Shown: positions 29,201 to 38,902, counted from the stretch's first letter. The stretch is 46,471 nt of DNA from Promethearchaeota archaeon (GCA_048937405.1 JBHLNF010000019.1:1-46471); one strand, 5' to 3'. The notes: a model not told the origin generated them from the sequence alone. Numbers and translations: made by a program.

Positions 29201-31501
29201 GAGTATCAACTTTCTCAAATTGAAAGATTTTCTGCCTTTAAACTACAAAATAAAATAGCAATAAATATAACAACTTCTCTGTGGTTTAATTTTTCATATG
29301 AAATTTTTGATTATTCAACTGGTAAATGGGTTTTGTGTAATTGGAGTAAAGATACAGACATATGGAATAACCATACATATCATGATTTAAGAGGTCAATT
29401 TGGTGGTAACAGGGTTAATTATACATATTTTAATTTTGGAAATGAACCGTATAACTATAATGATGATTCTATGTGGCTTATTACACGTGGGACTACAGAT
29501 GCTGATCCATTCATAGAATTTGATTATGAAAATAAAACTACTCTATCAAATTTTATGGATTCAAATAAAAATATTCGAATAAGAGTAAACGTGACTAACA
29601 AAAAAGATCCTTTTAATTTAACAATAGATAATTTTGGTATTGGTGCATTTTATTGGGGTTTATTTGATAATAGTTATGATAGATTTTATCTATGGGATTA
29701 CTCTCAAACTTTTGACAATTTAAAATTCACTACTAATAACCTCTTAAATTTAGAAATTCAAGATTTTGAAGTAGTTAATGGTACGAATGACAAGTATCTA
29801 GATATTATTGCTATAATTGGCATTGAAGATGAATGGAGCACAAGGATTTGCCTTTTTGATATTAAAAATCAAGAAACCTATACAAAATGGAGTGTAAATA
29901 AATTATATATCCCATTTCAAAAAGTGCGTATATTGCCGATAAACAACAGTCTAAATAATTGGATTTTGAGCGGAATTTTTCAATATGGAAACAATTTTAA
30001 TTGTTCACATAGATTAATTAGTGAACCTTATTGGAAATCTCAAATAACACATTTTGAAAACTTCAATGCGTCTAAAGTTGTGATTAATTATATTTGGGAT
30101 GAAATTCCACAATTTCCAAGCGAAGGCCTTTTTAGTACCATTCCTTATGAATTTCCAGGGAAAACTTATGTGACGAAAGATGGAAAAGTAGGATTAATCT
30201 TAGGAATGTATGAGTTCAGCGAATCAGACATTGATTGGGGGCCAAGACTTACTGATATTCGAATAATTGATGTAAACAGCCGTAATATTACCAGTAAGAT
30301 CTCTACAACTGGGTTAGAATATTATGGAACACCTGATGCAGGTGAACTTGATTTCAATTTAGAAGGTGCAGGATTAGGATTATTAATTTCATATGAAGAT
30401 TTCAACGGTGATGATTTTCTTGATCATGTTGCTTTTTATAATCCACAAATATCGGAAGTAGGTTATATGTCTAGTATAGAACTAAGAATTTATAGTGGTA
30501 ATTCTAGTGATTCAGATCCTGTTGTTCTATATAGTAAATCGTTTGGAGATCTTAGTTTTAGTTCTGAATCTTTGAAAAAAGGAATGTTCCCATTCTCGCT
30601 AATTGATGACATTAACAATGATGATTTTCCAGATGCTATTATTGGAATCCAAACTAAGAGTTATGACTATGGGTATTATTTTGAAGAAAGTGGAACTCGC
30701 TTTACATTTGGTAATTGTAAGGGATCTCATATTGACTTCTATGATATTCATAATAGTTTTGAAAATGAGTTAAATGAATTAACAGAATATAAATGGGTAT
30801 TAGATTCTTCTAAATGTGTTTCCCGATGGGAATCACCAAGTTATGAATTTATATTTAATGCTGAAAAGATTGGAGATATTAATGGGGATAATTCTTCTGA
30901 GATTTCTGTTTATCGAAACTCTTATATTGAATCTGGGGGCCACTATTTAATCCGCCCACTAACAGAAATTTTAGATATTACAAATCAAAATATAGTATAC
31001 AGATTCAATATGTATATTGATTCAATTTATCCAATTGCCGATTTAAACGAAGATGGTAAGGAAGAACTTTTAATTTCAAGTGGAGAAATATTATATTGTA
31101 TAAATTCTAAATTTGGTGTTCAAATTTCAACTCCTAGAAATGAGCAAAGGATGGGATCTCATAATTTTGATATAAAATGGGACACAGACTCAAACTATGA
31201 TTATTTTGAAGTTTTTATAGATGGTGTCAGTCAAGGTCCTACTACAGCTAAAAAAGTTACTGTATCTCTTGGTTCTGGATGGAGACAAATTAGTATTATA
31301 ATGCACGATACAAGTGGTTTAATTTTAAGTGTAAAAACTATAAATGTGTTAGTTCCACCTAATGAGATTCATTTAATTTTAACGTTCGTATTTTTAGGTG
31401 TTATTGCTGGTTCATATATAGTCTACAGACGATATCGTAAAAAGAAAGCAGAATTGGTGCTAATTGATAAAAGAATCAAAAAAAGAGGTAATAAGAGATG
31501 A
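26249..31501 (+). CDS. giant membrane-anchored FG-GAP/PQQ-like beta-propeller surface protein with Ig-like domain
   Basis: Signal/anchor helix; about 12 Dx[DN]xDG-like Ca2+ loops (e.g. DISGDSNDD, DVNSDGIDD, DLNDDGFDD, DFNGDDFLD, DLNEDGKEE); GxxLW docking motifs; C-terminal Ig-like domain, TM helix and YRRYRKKK tail. Confidence 0.88.
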   Translation: MKAKNNFKAKRRIFVLVILIFGLFLPLFYGFQSNNLKVDFSSGLNTTQANGSSEDSVIWKLGKGLPGSGATMKPRLINLTESSESLIIVGTDEGLAAITLDGFINMSYRTFGPVIDFDIIEDISGDSNDDIILITYYNEHPNLIAIASNNGTELWKFKATIEGISPETFETQEFITYTWDIEAINDINDDSISEIVISSWYRIFVVSGKTGEKIWMRDGDFTNDVWKLAILEDINNNGFETIIAGSEEGKLCAFDSRSGRKLWTFKVDELKHRVRTFAGYSTEIIPNSIDDIKVIEDVDNDDIDDILIAADDGYLRLISGNSGIELNNIICYNITKPSESSSDFEDSPYTSRERLFTKSGIKIYEIPDIDNNGKSDYISIATDLDYGYIDYYEKKIVGTIFHINPEFEFEKFNITYHINWTYQSFYQDSYPEIIEFNSGSQVYFYHYGRDQYYDGSTNPRIIRYDINDLNSENPIIVYNDPDQPSSLSYDSPTVSYLLNVGDVNSDGIDDLFAISADGRYLCIDTANDNTLWVRTRKDFKLEITDIDDLNDDGFDDFLIKQISDFKPDWIYSVDSEGEESDTEKPKIINELFTMDGKTGNIIWSFETPSPQYYEGLRDLKNVGDITDDGIDDYVGWIIPSTIPSDISEIIEALIDDEVIGQDDVDNEIIHEDIYRTLLSKYTKLLAISGSNGTIFWNNDLIDFPYKFHRQYSYNGTYEDPTSGVSTGEDFYNRVNGEYPQDWSGGGSYEYIYWDGDWDISTLLHPIDIDIKNGTESGNLFDVRGNQDSNYTVTSYNSSASSKSLKIGTTLDSSSIGTIESQDGLYWDLYSIISNEEQRIKAELSFNMSQLVDKELDYIKVDYNGFMLDNDIEWIEISIFNFSLNEWKNISTNEINITESQSSSFSWTLNYTKGLTSGLDNLVRIKLEAKNSSAFSISVDELVVNYIYTFKNYSISAENVGDSWRALFELTISTDFSDDKLLGVMEYQLSQIERFSAFKLQNKIAINITTSLWFNFSYEIFDYSTGKWVLCNWSKDTDIWNNHTYHDLRGQFGGNRVNYTYFNFGNEPYNYNDDSMWLITRGTTDADPFIEFDYENKTTLSNFMDSNKNIRIRVNVTNKKDPFNLTIDNFGIGAFYWGLFDNSYDRFYLWDYSQTFDNLKFTTNNLLNLEIQDFEVVNGTNDKYLDIIAIIGIEDEWSTRICLFDIKNQETYTKWSVNKLYIPFQKVRILPINNSLNNWILSGIFQYGNNFNCSHRLISEPYWKSQITHFENFNASKVVINYIWDEIPQFPSEGLFSTIPYEFPGKTYVTKDGKVGLILGMYEFSESDIDWGPRLTDIRIIDVNSRNITSKISTTGLEYYGTPDAGELDFNLEGAGLGLLISYEDFNGDDFLDHVAFYNPQISEVGYMSSIELRIYSGNSSDSDPVVLYSKSFGDLSFSSESLKKGMFPFSLIDDINNDDFPDAIIGIQTKSYDYGYYFEESGTRFTFGNCKGSHIDFYDIHNSFENELNELTEYKWVLDSSKCVSRWESPSYEFIFNAEKIGDINGDNSSEISVYRNSYIESGGHYLIRPLTEILDITNQNIVYRFNMYIDSIYPIADLNEDGKEELLISSGEILYCINSKFGVQISTPRNEQRMGSHNFDIKWDTDSNYDYFEVFIDGVSQGPTTAKKVTVSLGSGWRQISIIMHDTSGLILSVKTINVLVPPNEIHLILTFVFLGVIAGSYIVYRRYRKKKAELVLIDKRIKKRGNKR

Positions 31502-32457
31502 CTATTAAAGAAGATAAATTAAAATTTGAAATTTGGAGTCAAGAATTAACAAAAATCTATGGTAAAGGAAAGGAGGCTTTAAAAGCAGTATCAGAAATTG
31601 ATTTACGTGTAAAACCAGGGATACATGGATTTCTAGGACCAAATGGAGCCGGAAAAACAACAACAATCAATATGTTAGTAGGTGCTATTTCTATAACAAA
31701 AGGGATTGCTAAAATTAGAGATAATAAAGCTGGAACAGTCACCGCAAAACAAATAATTGGCTTTTTACCTCAAGATCCCGTGCTCTATGAAGACATGCTT
31801 GGAGAAGATTACTTAATATATATGGGACAATTAGGAGGTTTACAAAAGCAAAAAGCCAAATTAAAAGCTCAAGAATTATTGGATTTCTTTGATCTTTTTG
31901 AATTTCGTAATAAAGAAATTGGAACTTATTCGGGGGGAATGAAACAGAAAATCGGTATTGCAGGAGCATTAATTCACGACCCAAAAGTCTTAATATTAGA
32001 TGAACCCACAGCTAATTTAGATCCACTTGGAAGAGCTGATGTTATACAGAAAATTAAAAGCTTGTCTGACAGAGTGAGTGTTTTCGTTTCAAGTCATATT
32101 TTATCTGAAATTGAACAAATGTGCGAAGATGTAACTATGATTGATCAAGGGAAAATAGTTATTTCAAACACCATTAGAAATATAAAAAAGAGTTTTATAA
32201 CTAATCTCTTCATCTTAGATACCAATATGAATGAAAAACTTCTAAAGCAATTAAAGGACAAAGAATATGTTACCAGTATTAGAATCGACGAAATAGATGG
32301 AAAAATTCATATTATTCCTAAAATTGCTGAAAAACTACGAGAAGTGATACCTGAAATGCTTGTTAAAAATAAAGCAATTCTATATAGTTTTCACCAACCG
32401 GAATTATCATTGCAGGATATTTTTATGGAAGTAATGTCAAAGAAGGAGGTAGCTTAA
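31498..32457 (+). CDS. ABC-2 type transporter ATP-binding subunit
   Basis: Walker A GPNGAGKTT, signature YSGGMKQK, Walker B ILDEP, SSH. ATGA overlap with the upstream gene. Confidence 0.95.
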   Translation: MTIKEDKLKFEIWSQELTKIYGKGKEALKAVSEIDLRVKPGIHGFLGPNGAGKTTTINMLVGAISITKGIAKIRDNKAGTVTAKQIIGFLPQDPVLYEDMLGEDYLIYMGQLGGLQKQKAKLKAQELLDFFDLFEFRNKEIGTYSGGMKQKIGIAGALIHDPKVLILDEPTANLDPLGRADVIQKIKSLSDRVSVFVSSHILSEIEQMCEDVTMIDQGKIVISNTIRNIKKSFITNLFILDTNMNEKLLKQLKDKEYVTSIRIDEIDGKIHIIPKIAEKLREVIPEMLVKNKAILYSFHQPELSLQDIFMEVMSKKEVA

Positions 32458-32459
32458 AG

Positions 32460-33491
32460 ATGGAAAAGAACAAGTTAAGTGTCATAAGCAAGTTAAAAAA
32501 TAATTTTGGAAATTTTAATAAAAAAGTGCTTATACCTACAAAAACGTGGTTATCGAATCATATTTTCAAAAGAACCTTTATTATCACAAAAAAAACATTT
32601 CAGGATATTTTTTCTTTCAAAAAATTTATCATTATGATAATATTCATACTACTACTTCCATTGATCTATTCATTTAGCAGTGCTGGAGTAGATTTCGATT
32701 TAATTTCTCCAAATCATGCTGCAACAGTAATAAGTATTAATTTAGCGTTTTCTATGTTTTTTTGGTCTTTAGGTTTAGTTTATACAATTTTTATTGGAAT
32801 CTCTGGATCTCCTCTTATTGCGGATGAAATAAAATCGGGAACTATGCTAATATTAATAAGTAAACCTATTAGTAGAATAAAAATATTCATAGGTAAATAT
32901 GTTGGTGTATTCCTGTATGGAATGTTATTAAGTTTTATATCTATATTTGTTATTGGATGGATCGGAGTTTTAATACAATCGGGGAATATTGATCATTTTG
33001 TCAGTTTAATACCATTCCTAACAGCGTTATATCTATACAGCTTGTTTATCTTATTTTTATTTGCTAGTATTACATTGGCCTTGTCATCAGTTTTTGAGAA
33101 ATCTAGGAATGCTTCTTTAGGGATACTCTTAATAGTAATTTTTTCATTTCTAGCGTTTATGATAATCAGACAATTAGCAGGTGAAAATTATGCATTATTT
33201 CAATTATATCATTTTGATCTCGGTTACCATCTTGGAAATGTATTTATTCTTTTCATTGAAAGTCTTAATGCAATTCCTCCTTCAACGAGTTGGCAGCTTG
33301 TATTTGGAATGTTAACAGGAGTATATACTACGGATTCACCAACTGATCGTGACCAAAATATAAATCTGGGTGGTTATGAAAAAACAAATTATTATCTACC
33401 AATTTCTTCTCTATTAATATGGCTTTTAATTGCTTGTTTACTTTTAGTATTTGGTTTAATAAGCTTGAAAAAAAGAGAAATATCAGTGTAA
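32460..33491 (+). CDS. ABC-2 type transporter permease (NosY/GldF-like)
   Basis: Motif IADEIKSGTMLILISKPISRIKIFIGKY, about 6 TM helices, C-terminal KKREI. AGGAGGT Shine-Dalgarno-like sequence and a 2-nt gap to the ATPase gene. Confidence 0.92.
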   Translation: MEKNKLSVISKLKNNFGNFNKKVLIPTKTWLSNHIFKRTFIITKKTFQDIFSFKKFIIMIIFILLLPLIYSFSSAGVDFDLISPNHAATVISINLAFSMFFWSLGLVYTIFIGISGSPLIADEIKSGTMLILISKPISRIKIFIGKYVGVFLYGMLLSFISIFVIGWIGVLIQSGNIDHFVSLIPFLTALYLYSLFILFLFASITLALSSVFEKSRNASLGILLIVIFSFLAFMIIRQLAGENYALFQLYHFDLGYHLGNVFILFIESLNAIPPSTSWQLVFGMLTGVYTTDSPTDRDQNINLGGYEKTNYYLPISSLLIWLLIACLLLVFGLISLKKREISV

Positions 33492-33641
33492 TTATTAATT
33501 TTAATCCCTTTCTTTTTGAGACGTTTTAAAATACGTGTAATAATTTAATTCTAATTACAAATTAAGCACTTAGATTGGGATAAATTAAGGAATAAGTAAT
33601 AAAAAAAATGATTTTGTTAAAAAAATATATAAAGAAATTGT

Positions 33642-34598
33642 TTAGAAATTAGAATAAATCATAAATTTATTTCCAGAGCCAAGGGAATATATCTCAAACT
33701 TACTACCACGTTTTGTTTCACAAAACATTTGAATCATTGGAAATAAGTAAATTTGAGATGTTATTTGAGCATTATTATCTTTCTCATAATTTTTATAATC
33801 ACTTCTTGCAGCTCCAACTGTTTTACTAATATTTTTATTCATATATCCTAAAGAAGGTTCAACTTTTGACTCGAGTTCTTTAAAGTTACTAAATCTAATC
33901 CCTTCAACATCTTCAATCATTTTATGAAGATCATCACCGATCTCCTTCTCATATCTTGTTTGAGCACTACTATGTAATATAGGGACACCAGTAATTACTG
34001 TCTTAAAAGGAACAGGGAGAATCTCGTATTTATACATATTTTTATGCCCACCACACTCTTTACATGGTTCTGATCGATTACCAGTTCCATAACAAACACC
34101 ACAGGGATAAGAAAAGATTTTCTTTTCCTTTCTTTGTTCCTCTCCAACTAATACTACAATGGTTTCCTCAATTTTTCCAGTTCCTTTACATGTTTTGCAT
34201 TTATTCTCCATATATCCCTTCCCCCTGCAATTCTTGCAAGGAACCGCTTGAATTGATTCATAATGAGGTACTTTATCATCACCTTTCCAGTTTTCCTTAT
34301 TTACATTCCCAGCTCCCTTAAAAGAATAATATTGCTCTTTGCCTACTTTAGGAGCAATTACTAAATTTTCTTCTTTCCCTTTTGGTGCAGGACCGAGAGA
34401 TTTTTTAACAGCGAAATAAATAGCTGCTTCCTTCATAGTATCTTTAACATATTCTGCGGCACTTATTGCATCTAAAGAAAAAACTGCCCCTTTCGTTCCA
34501 AATTGCTTTTCCATCTTCTTTTTATCTGTTCTTGCTGCTTTTTGTTTCCATTTTTCAAAAATTTCATCTAAATTCGGAGTTTTTATTCTTACTGACAT
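33642..34598 (-). CDS. DnaJ-type CxxCxGxG zinc-finger protein without J domain, SSUH2-like
   Basis: Four repeats CKNCRGKG, CKTCKGTG, CGVCYGTG, CKECGGHK, preceded by KVPH. No HPD motif. Confidence 0.75.
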   Translation of the reverse strand: MSVRIKTPNLDEIFEKWKQKAARTDKKKMEKQFGTKGAVFSLDAISAAEYVKDTMKEAAIYFAVKKSLGPAPKGKEENLVIAPKVGKEQYYSFKGAGNVNKENWKGDDKVPHYESIQAVPCKNCRGKGYMENKCKTCKGTGKIEETIVVLVGEEQRKEKKIFSYPCGVCYGTGNRSEPCKECGGHKNMYKYEILPVPFKTVITGVPILHSSAQTRYEKEIGDDLHKMIEDVEGIRFSNFKELESKVEPSLGYMNKNISKTVGAARSDYKNYEKDNNAQITSQIYLFPMIQMFCETKRGSKFEIYSLGSGNKFMIYSNF

Positions 34599-34748
34599 TT
34601 TTTTTCATTTCTAATATTTATTTTTATGTTTCATATTCGAAATCAAATTGATTCGGAATTATAAAAATATAAAATAGAATAATTTATAATCTTTATATAG
34701 GTAGAAAATTAAAAATAAAAATAATAAAAGAGAAAACTATAATAAAAA

Positions 34749-34910
34749 ATGTCTGCTGAAGAACGACAGTCTGTAGAATATTTTCTAGAATGGATTAAAA
34801 ATAATGGTCTGGCCGATTGGATTACCCATTTTTTGAATCAAGGCGATGAAACAAAACTTAGGCAAATAAAAGAAGTATATGATAAAATTAAACAAGTTTT
34901 TGGATTCTAA
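34749..34910 (+). CDS. 53-aa small protein (MSAEERQSVEYFLEWIKNNGLADWITHFLNQGDETKLRQIKEVYDKIKQVFGF)
   Basis: Manual translation, ATG to TAA. It is below the apparent size cutoff of the ORF track, has clearly higher GC than its flanks and shows an amphipathic helical pattern. Confidence 0.7.
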   Translation: MSAEERQSVEYFLEWIKNNGLADWITHFLNQGDETKLRQIKEVYDKIKQVFGF

Positions 34911-35036
34911 TTTTTAATTTCTTTTTATTATCCTAATTATTAAAATTTCCTCAAACATATTCAGTCTATTAGTGTATAGAAAAATTGAATTGTATCTTTT
35001 CATATTAATTTATTATTATCTATAAATGGAGTAAAA

Positions 35037-37703
35037 TTGAGTGTTCCTTCAAGAAATTTTTTCATTGTTATAGATAGAAATCGTGATCATAGAAAAGAAA
35101 TACTTTTCAATGTAAATTTTTTCTACCTAAAATCATTTAAGAAAAAGCGGTTCACATTTACATATATAAATGAACCATTCTTTAAGGGTACTGTATTAAT
35201 TGGGTCAGATTTTAAAAATAAAATAAGACCTCTCAATTTTATTAAAATTGATAATGATGGAAACTCTTATCCAATCGATCCGCGTTTACTTAAAAAGTTT
35301 ATTATTTCAGATAAAAATAAATTTATTGCTTTTTCAAACCAAACTAGACCTGAAGATGTAGGACAAGTTAAAGATATGTTAAGTAGTTTTCAATTTGATA
35401 AGGAAAAAATTATTGATTTAACTGTATGTGATTCATGTTTAGATAAAAAAAAGTTTACATTCCTAAGCAAAAATATTCAAATTAAATCTTTAAAAAATCA
35501 AATAATATGCTCTGAATGCTCTTATGATATCGTTCTTAATAGAATCAAGTTAACAGGGATGATCTCTAAAGAGAAAATCAGTCCTAAGTTCAAGAATTTC
35601 CTTATGCATATGATTCTCAAATTTAAAGATATTAAAAAGGTAATTGATGTTTTTAAAGCTGATTTTGATCCTACAAGCTCCAGTGATATAACCTTATATG
35701 ATATTGAAAAGACACCCACAATTAGTAAAAAATATCTTAATCAAAGAATAGACAACCTTGACATTCCTACAGAGTTTAAAGAAATACTGAGGTGCTTAAA
35801 TTTAACTATTTTATTACCAATTCAGGCAATTTCTATTGAAAAAGGGTTATTGACAGAACGAAATAATCAATTAATTATGGCTCCAACCAGTGGAGGTAAA
35901 ACTTTAGTAGGAGAGTTAGCCGGAATATCAAAAGTGTTAAATAATAGAAATGCTAAAATGTTATATTTAGTACCAATTGTAGCTTTAGCTAACATCAGAA
36001 CAGAAGAATTTAAAGAAAAATATAAAACAATTGATCTAAATGTAATAAAAAGAGTTGGGGAATCCTTATTTGGTAAAAAAGAGGAAGATAACATTAAATA
36101 TTTAGCTAATGCTCATGTGATTATTGCTACTTATGAAGCAATTGATTATATCTTAAGAAGTGGGAATATAGAATTTCTAGGAAATATTGGAACAATAATC
36201 ATTGATGAAATTCAAACATTAATTGATCAAGAACGGGGATTTATATTAGATGGTTTAATATCCCGATTAAAAACGCAATTTAATTCTCAATTTCTATATT
36301 TGAGTGCAACCTTAGGAGAACCAGAGGTGTTATCCGTAAAATTAAACTGTGAATTAATTAGATATGAAAATCGTCCAGTTCCAGTCGAACGTCATTTATT
36401 AATGTGTCTAAATGAAACTCAAAAACAAAAATATATTTTTAGCTTAATTAAAGCTGCTTTTTCTAAAAAATCGATTTATGGATTTAAAGGTCAATCGATA
36501 GTATTCACAAATACTCGTAAAAAGTGTGAATCAATATCATTATATTTGCAGAATAGAAATCTTAAAGTAGTTGCTTACCATTCTGGATTAACAAACGAAG
36601 AAAGAAAAAAAATTGAAGAAGATTTTCAATCTCAGAAAATTATGGGAGTGGTTGCAACTGCCGCTTTAGCAGCAGGGGTTGATCTTCCAGCAAGTCAAGT
36701 AATCTTTGAGTCTTTAGCAATGGGTATAAATTGGTTAACTGTTGCCGAATTTGAACAAATGATTGGAAGATCAGGAAGATTAAAAAAACATGAGAAGGGT
36801 TTAGCTTATATACTTGTTGAGCCTGGAAAAGTGTATTCACCCAAAATGAAAATTACAGAAGAAAATATTGCGATTAAGCTTTTAAATGGAAAGATCAAAG
36901 ATTATGAACTTATTCCTGATGAAGATAAGTCTCAAACAGAAATTCTTGCATTTATTGCTATGCTTAACGAATGGATTTCAAAAGAAACCATCTTTAAATT
37001 TTATGATAATTTAATTAATAATCATTTTGATTTTGAAGAAATTTTGAGGAAATTATTGTCTTTTAAATTGGTGCGAATTAGAGAAGACTTAAAGTTAAAA
37101 ATTACTCGTTTAGGAAGAGCCATTGCCAACTCATTTTTATCTGTTGAAAAAAGTCTTGAGATAATTAAAATCTTACAAGATAAAATTAAAAATCCTTTAG
37201 ACATTGCTTTAGACTTAGAAAATCTTAGAAATGTTTATTTATCAAAAGATTTAGTTGCCGATTTGTCAAAAAATGTTAATATGAAATATTTTTCTAATAA
37301 TTTATTCAGCGCTAGTGTGTTATCATTGATGAATGCTGATTATGTGAAAAAAAGAAAAACATTTTCACGTGATTTTATTGACTTTATTATGAAATTAACT
37401 AGTGATATATTTAATTGTACCTGTAAGGATAATCCTTATTGCGATTGTGGACGATTAAATCTTGAAAAATTAATACTTGATTTACGGGTTAAAGATAAAA
37501 TGACAATCGAAGAAATATCTAATCATTTGATTATAGAATATAAAATTATGATATTTAGGGGAGATTTGATAATGTATCTCGAAAACCTTATCTATAGTTT
37601 AGAAAGTATCAAAAATATAGCAGAAGGAATATCTAATTTAGCTGATGATTACAAAAAAGAGATAAAAGAAATACCAAACTTAATAGATAAGATCAAATAT
37701 TAG
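35037..37703 (+). CDS. archaea-specific superfamily II (Ski2-like) helicase, COG1202/MJ1401 type, with C-terminal Cys cluster
   Basis: Motifs LLPIQ, APTSGGKTLVGELAG, DEIQ, LSAT, YHSGL, TAALAAGVDLPA, QMIGRSGR. C-terminal CTCKDNPYCDCG and N-terminal CxxC...CxxC. Confidence 0.92.
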   Translation: MSVPSRNFFIVIDRNRDHRKEILFNVNFFYLKSFKKKRFTFTYINEPFFKGTVLIGSDFKNKIRPLNFIKIDNDGNSYPIDPRLLKKFIISDKNKFIAFSNQTRPEDVGQVKDMLSSFQFDKEKIIDLTVCDSCLDKKKFTFLSKNIQIKSLKNQIICSECSYDIVLNRIKLTGMISKEKISPKFKNFLMHMILKFKDIKKVIDVFKADFDPTSSSDITLYDIEKTPTISKKYLNQRIDNLDIPTEFKEILRCLNLTILLPIQAISIEKGLLTERNNQLIMAPTSGGKTLVGELAGISKVLNNRNAKMLYLVPIVALANIRTEEFKEKYKTIDLNVIKRVGESLFGKKEEDNIKYLANAHVIIATYEAIDYILRSGNIEFLGNIGTIIIDEIQTLIDQERGFILDGLISRLKTQFNSQFLYLSATLGEPEVLSVKLNCELIRYENRPVPVERHLLMCLNETQKQKYIFSLIKAAFSKKSIYGFKGQSIVFTNTRKKCESISLYLQNRNLKVVAYHSGLTNEERKKIEEDFQSQKIMGVVATAALAAGVDLPASQVIFESLAMGINWLTVAEFEQMIGRSGRLKKHEKGLAYILVEPGKVYSPKMKITEENIAIKLLNGKIKDYELIPDEDKSQTEILAFIAMLNEWISKETIFKFYDNLINNHFDFEEILRKLLSFKLVRIREDLKLKITRLGRAIANSFLSVEKSLEIIKILQDKIKNPLDIALDLENLRNVYLSKDLVADLSKNVNMKYFSNNLFSASVLSLMNADYVKKRKTFSRDFIDFIMKLTSDIFNCTCKDNPYCDCGRLNLEKLILDLRVKDKMTIEEISNHLIIEYKIMIFRGDLIMYLENLIYSLESIKNIAEGISNLADDYKKEIKEIPNLIDKIKY

Positions 37704-38902
37704 GTTATGTGGATTTCTACTACATCAAAATCTTTTAAAGCATAATCTAACCCAACCTTTTTTCGCTTTTGTCGCGCTCCTTCTCGTATTACTATAGCGT
37801 GATCGAAAGATTCATAAAAACTTCTATGGACTTTTAAAGCTACTTCTTTAATAGTAGAATTCTCATCCATTATTAATGGCTGTTGAGCAATAATTCCACT
37901 ACTCATAGTGTATATCCTGATTTTATTTAAGATTTTTAAGATTATTTCCCCAAAATCTTTAGGAAAATTTTCCTTCTGAAAGCTTGTCCCAATAATTATA
38001 GGAAATCTATCTTTATAACTAGTTTTTAAGCTGTCAAAAACATCTTGAGTATGTGATAAATCACCTTTAGTACCTAATACAATTACTTTTTTATATACTA
38101 CTGAGGGAGTTAAAGCATCAATAATATTGTCAAGAGTAATTTTACCATAAATCTTCACAATCCCATTACGCATTCCATTTTCATATACAATCTCTTTTAT
38201 TTGATCTGTTAGATCTTCCATTCCTTCAATTTTTTTGGCTTCTTTGGTTAGATAAAGAACTTGTATCTTGTTGGCACCAGTCTTTTCGATAGTAAGAGGT
38301 GGTGGTAATTGATTTATTCGAATATCTGCTTTAGAGAATTCATTTAATAGTAATTCCATCTGTTCTTCAACATCTCTCGATAGATCTATACAAAAACATA
38401 ATAGATCTGCTGCTCTACATTGTGAAAGTATTTCTTTTCCATTTCCGACTCCATCATTAGCACCTTCCATGATAGAGGGCATTTCGACTATTTGAAATCG
38501 TATTTTCTGATATAGATATATCCCAATTTCTGGTAAAGCTGTAAATTTTCCAATGTTCTCTTTCGCTGCTCCCGTTAGATAGTTTAAGATTGAAGTTTTT
38601 CCTACACCTGGAGTTTGGAAGGTACTAATTAATATTATCTGTAATCCTTCTTTTTTTATTGAAAAAGGACTGACTATTTTCTGTGTAGTTTTCTGTTTTT
38701 GTTTACGATCATCTAGTTCACGCTTCATTTTTGCTAAGCGTGATTTATTAAGTGCAACAATCTTTTCTGTTGCTTTATGTTTAGGAACTAAGGACAGAAA
38801 TTCCTCTAACTTTTTAATCCTTTCTTCTAAAGCTCCAGCATCTAAATATTCTTGATATTTCGCTTTAGCTAGGGGTGGTAAATTGGAACTCAATTTTAAC
38901 AC
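37700..38902 (-). CDS. DRG/OBG-family GTP-binding protein with TGS domain (degenerate G motifs)
   Basis: N-terminal SNLPPLAKAKY...LSLVPKHKATEK, GVGKTS, GVGNGKEILS, KIRIYT, C-terminal VGLDYALKDFDVVEIH (TGS). Confidence 0.88.
   Translation of the reverse strand: MLKLSSNLPPLAKAKYQEYLDAGALEERIKKLEEFLSLVPKHKATEKIVALNKSRLAKMKRELDDRKQKQKTTQKIVSPFSIKKEGLQIILISTFQTPGVGKTSILNYLTGAAKENIGKFTALPEIGIYLYQKIRFQIVEMPSIMEGANDGVGNGKEILSQCRAADLLCFCIDLSRDVEEQMELLLNEFSKADIRINQLPPPLTIEKTGANKIQVLYLTKEAKKIEGMEDLTDQIKEIVYENGMRNGIVKIYGKITLDNIIDALTPSVVYKKVIVLGTKGDLSHTQDVFDSLKTSYKDRFPIIIGTSFQKENFPKDFGEIILKILNKIRIYTMSSGIIAQQPLIMDENSTIKEVALKVHRSFYESFDHAIVIREGARQKRKKVGLDYALKDFDVVEIHIT

Noticed and set aside
37700-37703. 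4-nt overlap of convergent helicase and DRG stop codons
   Set aside because: Common in compact AT-rich genomes, with no functional implication.
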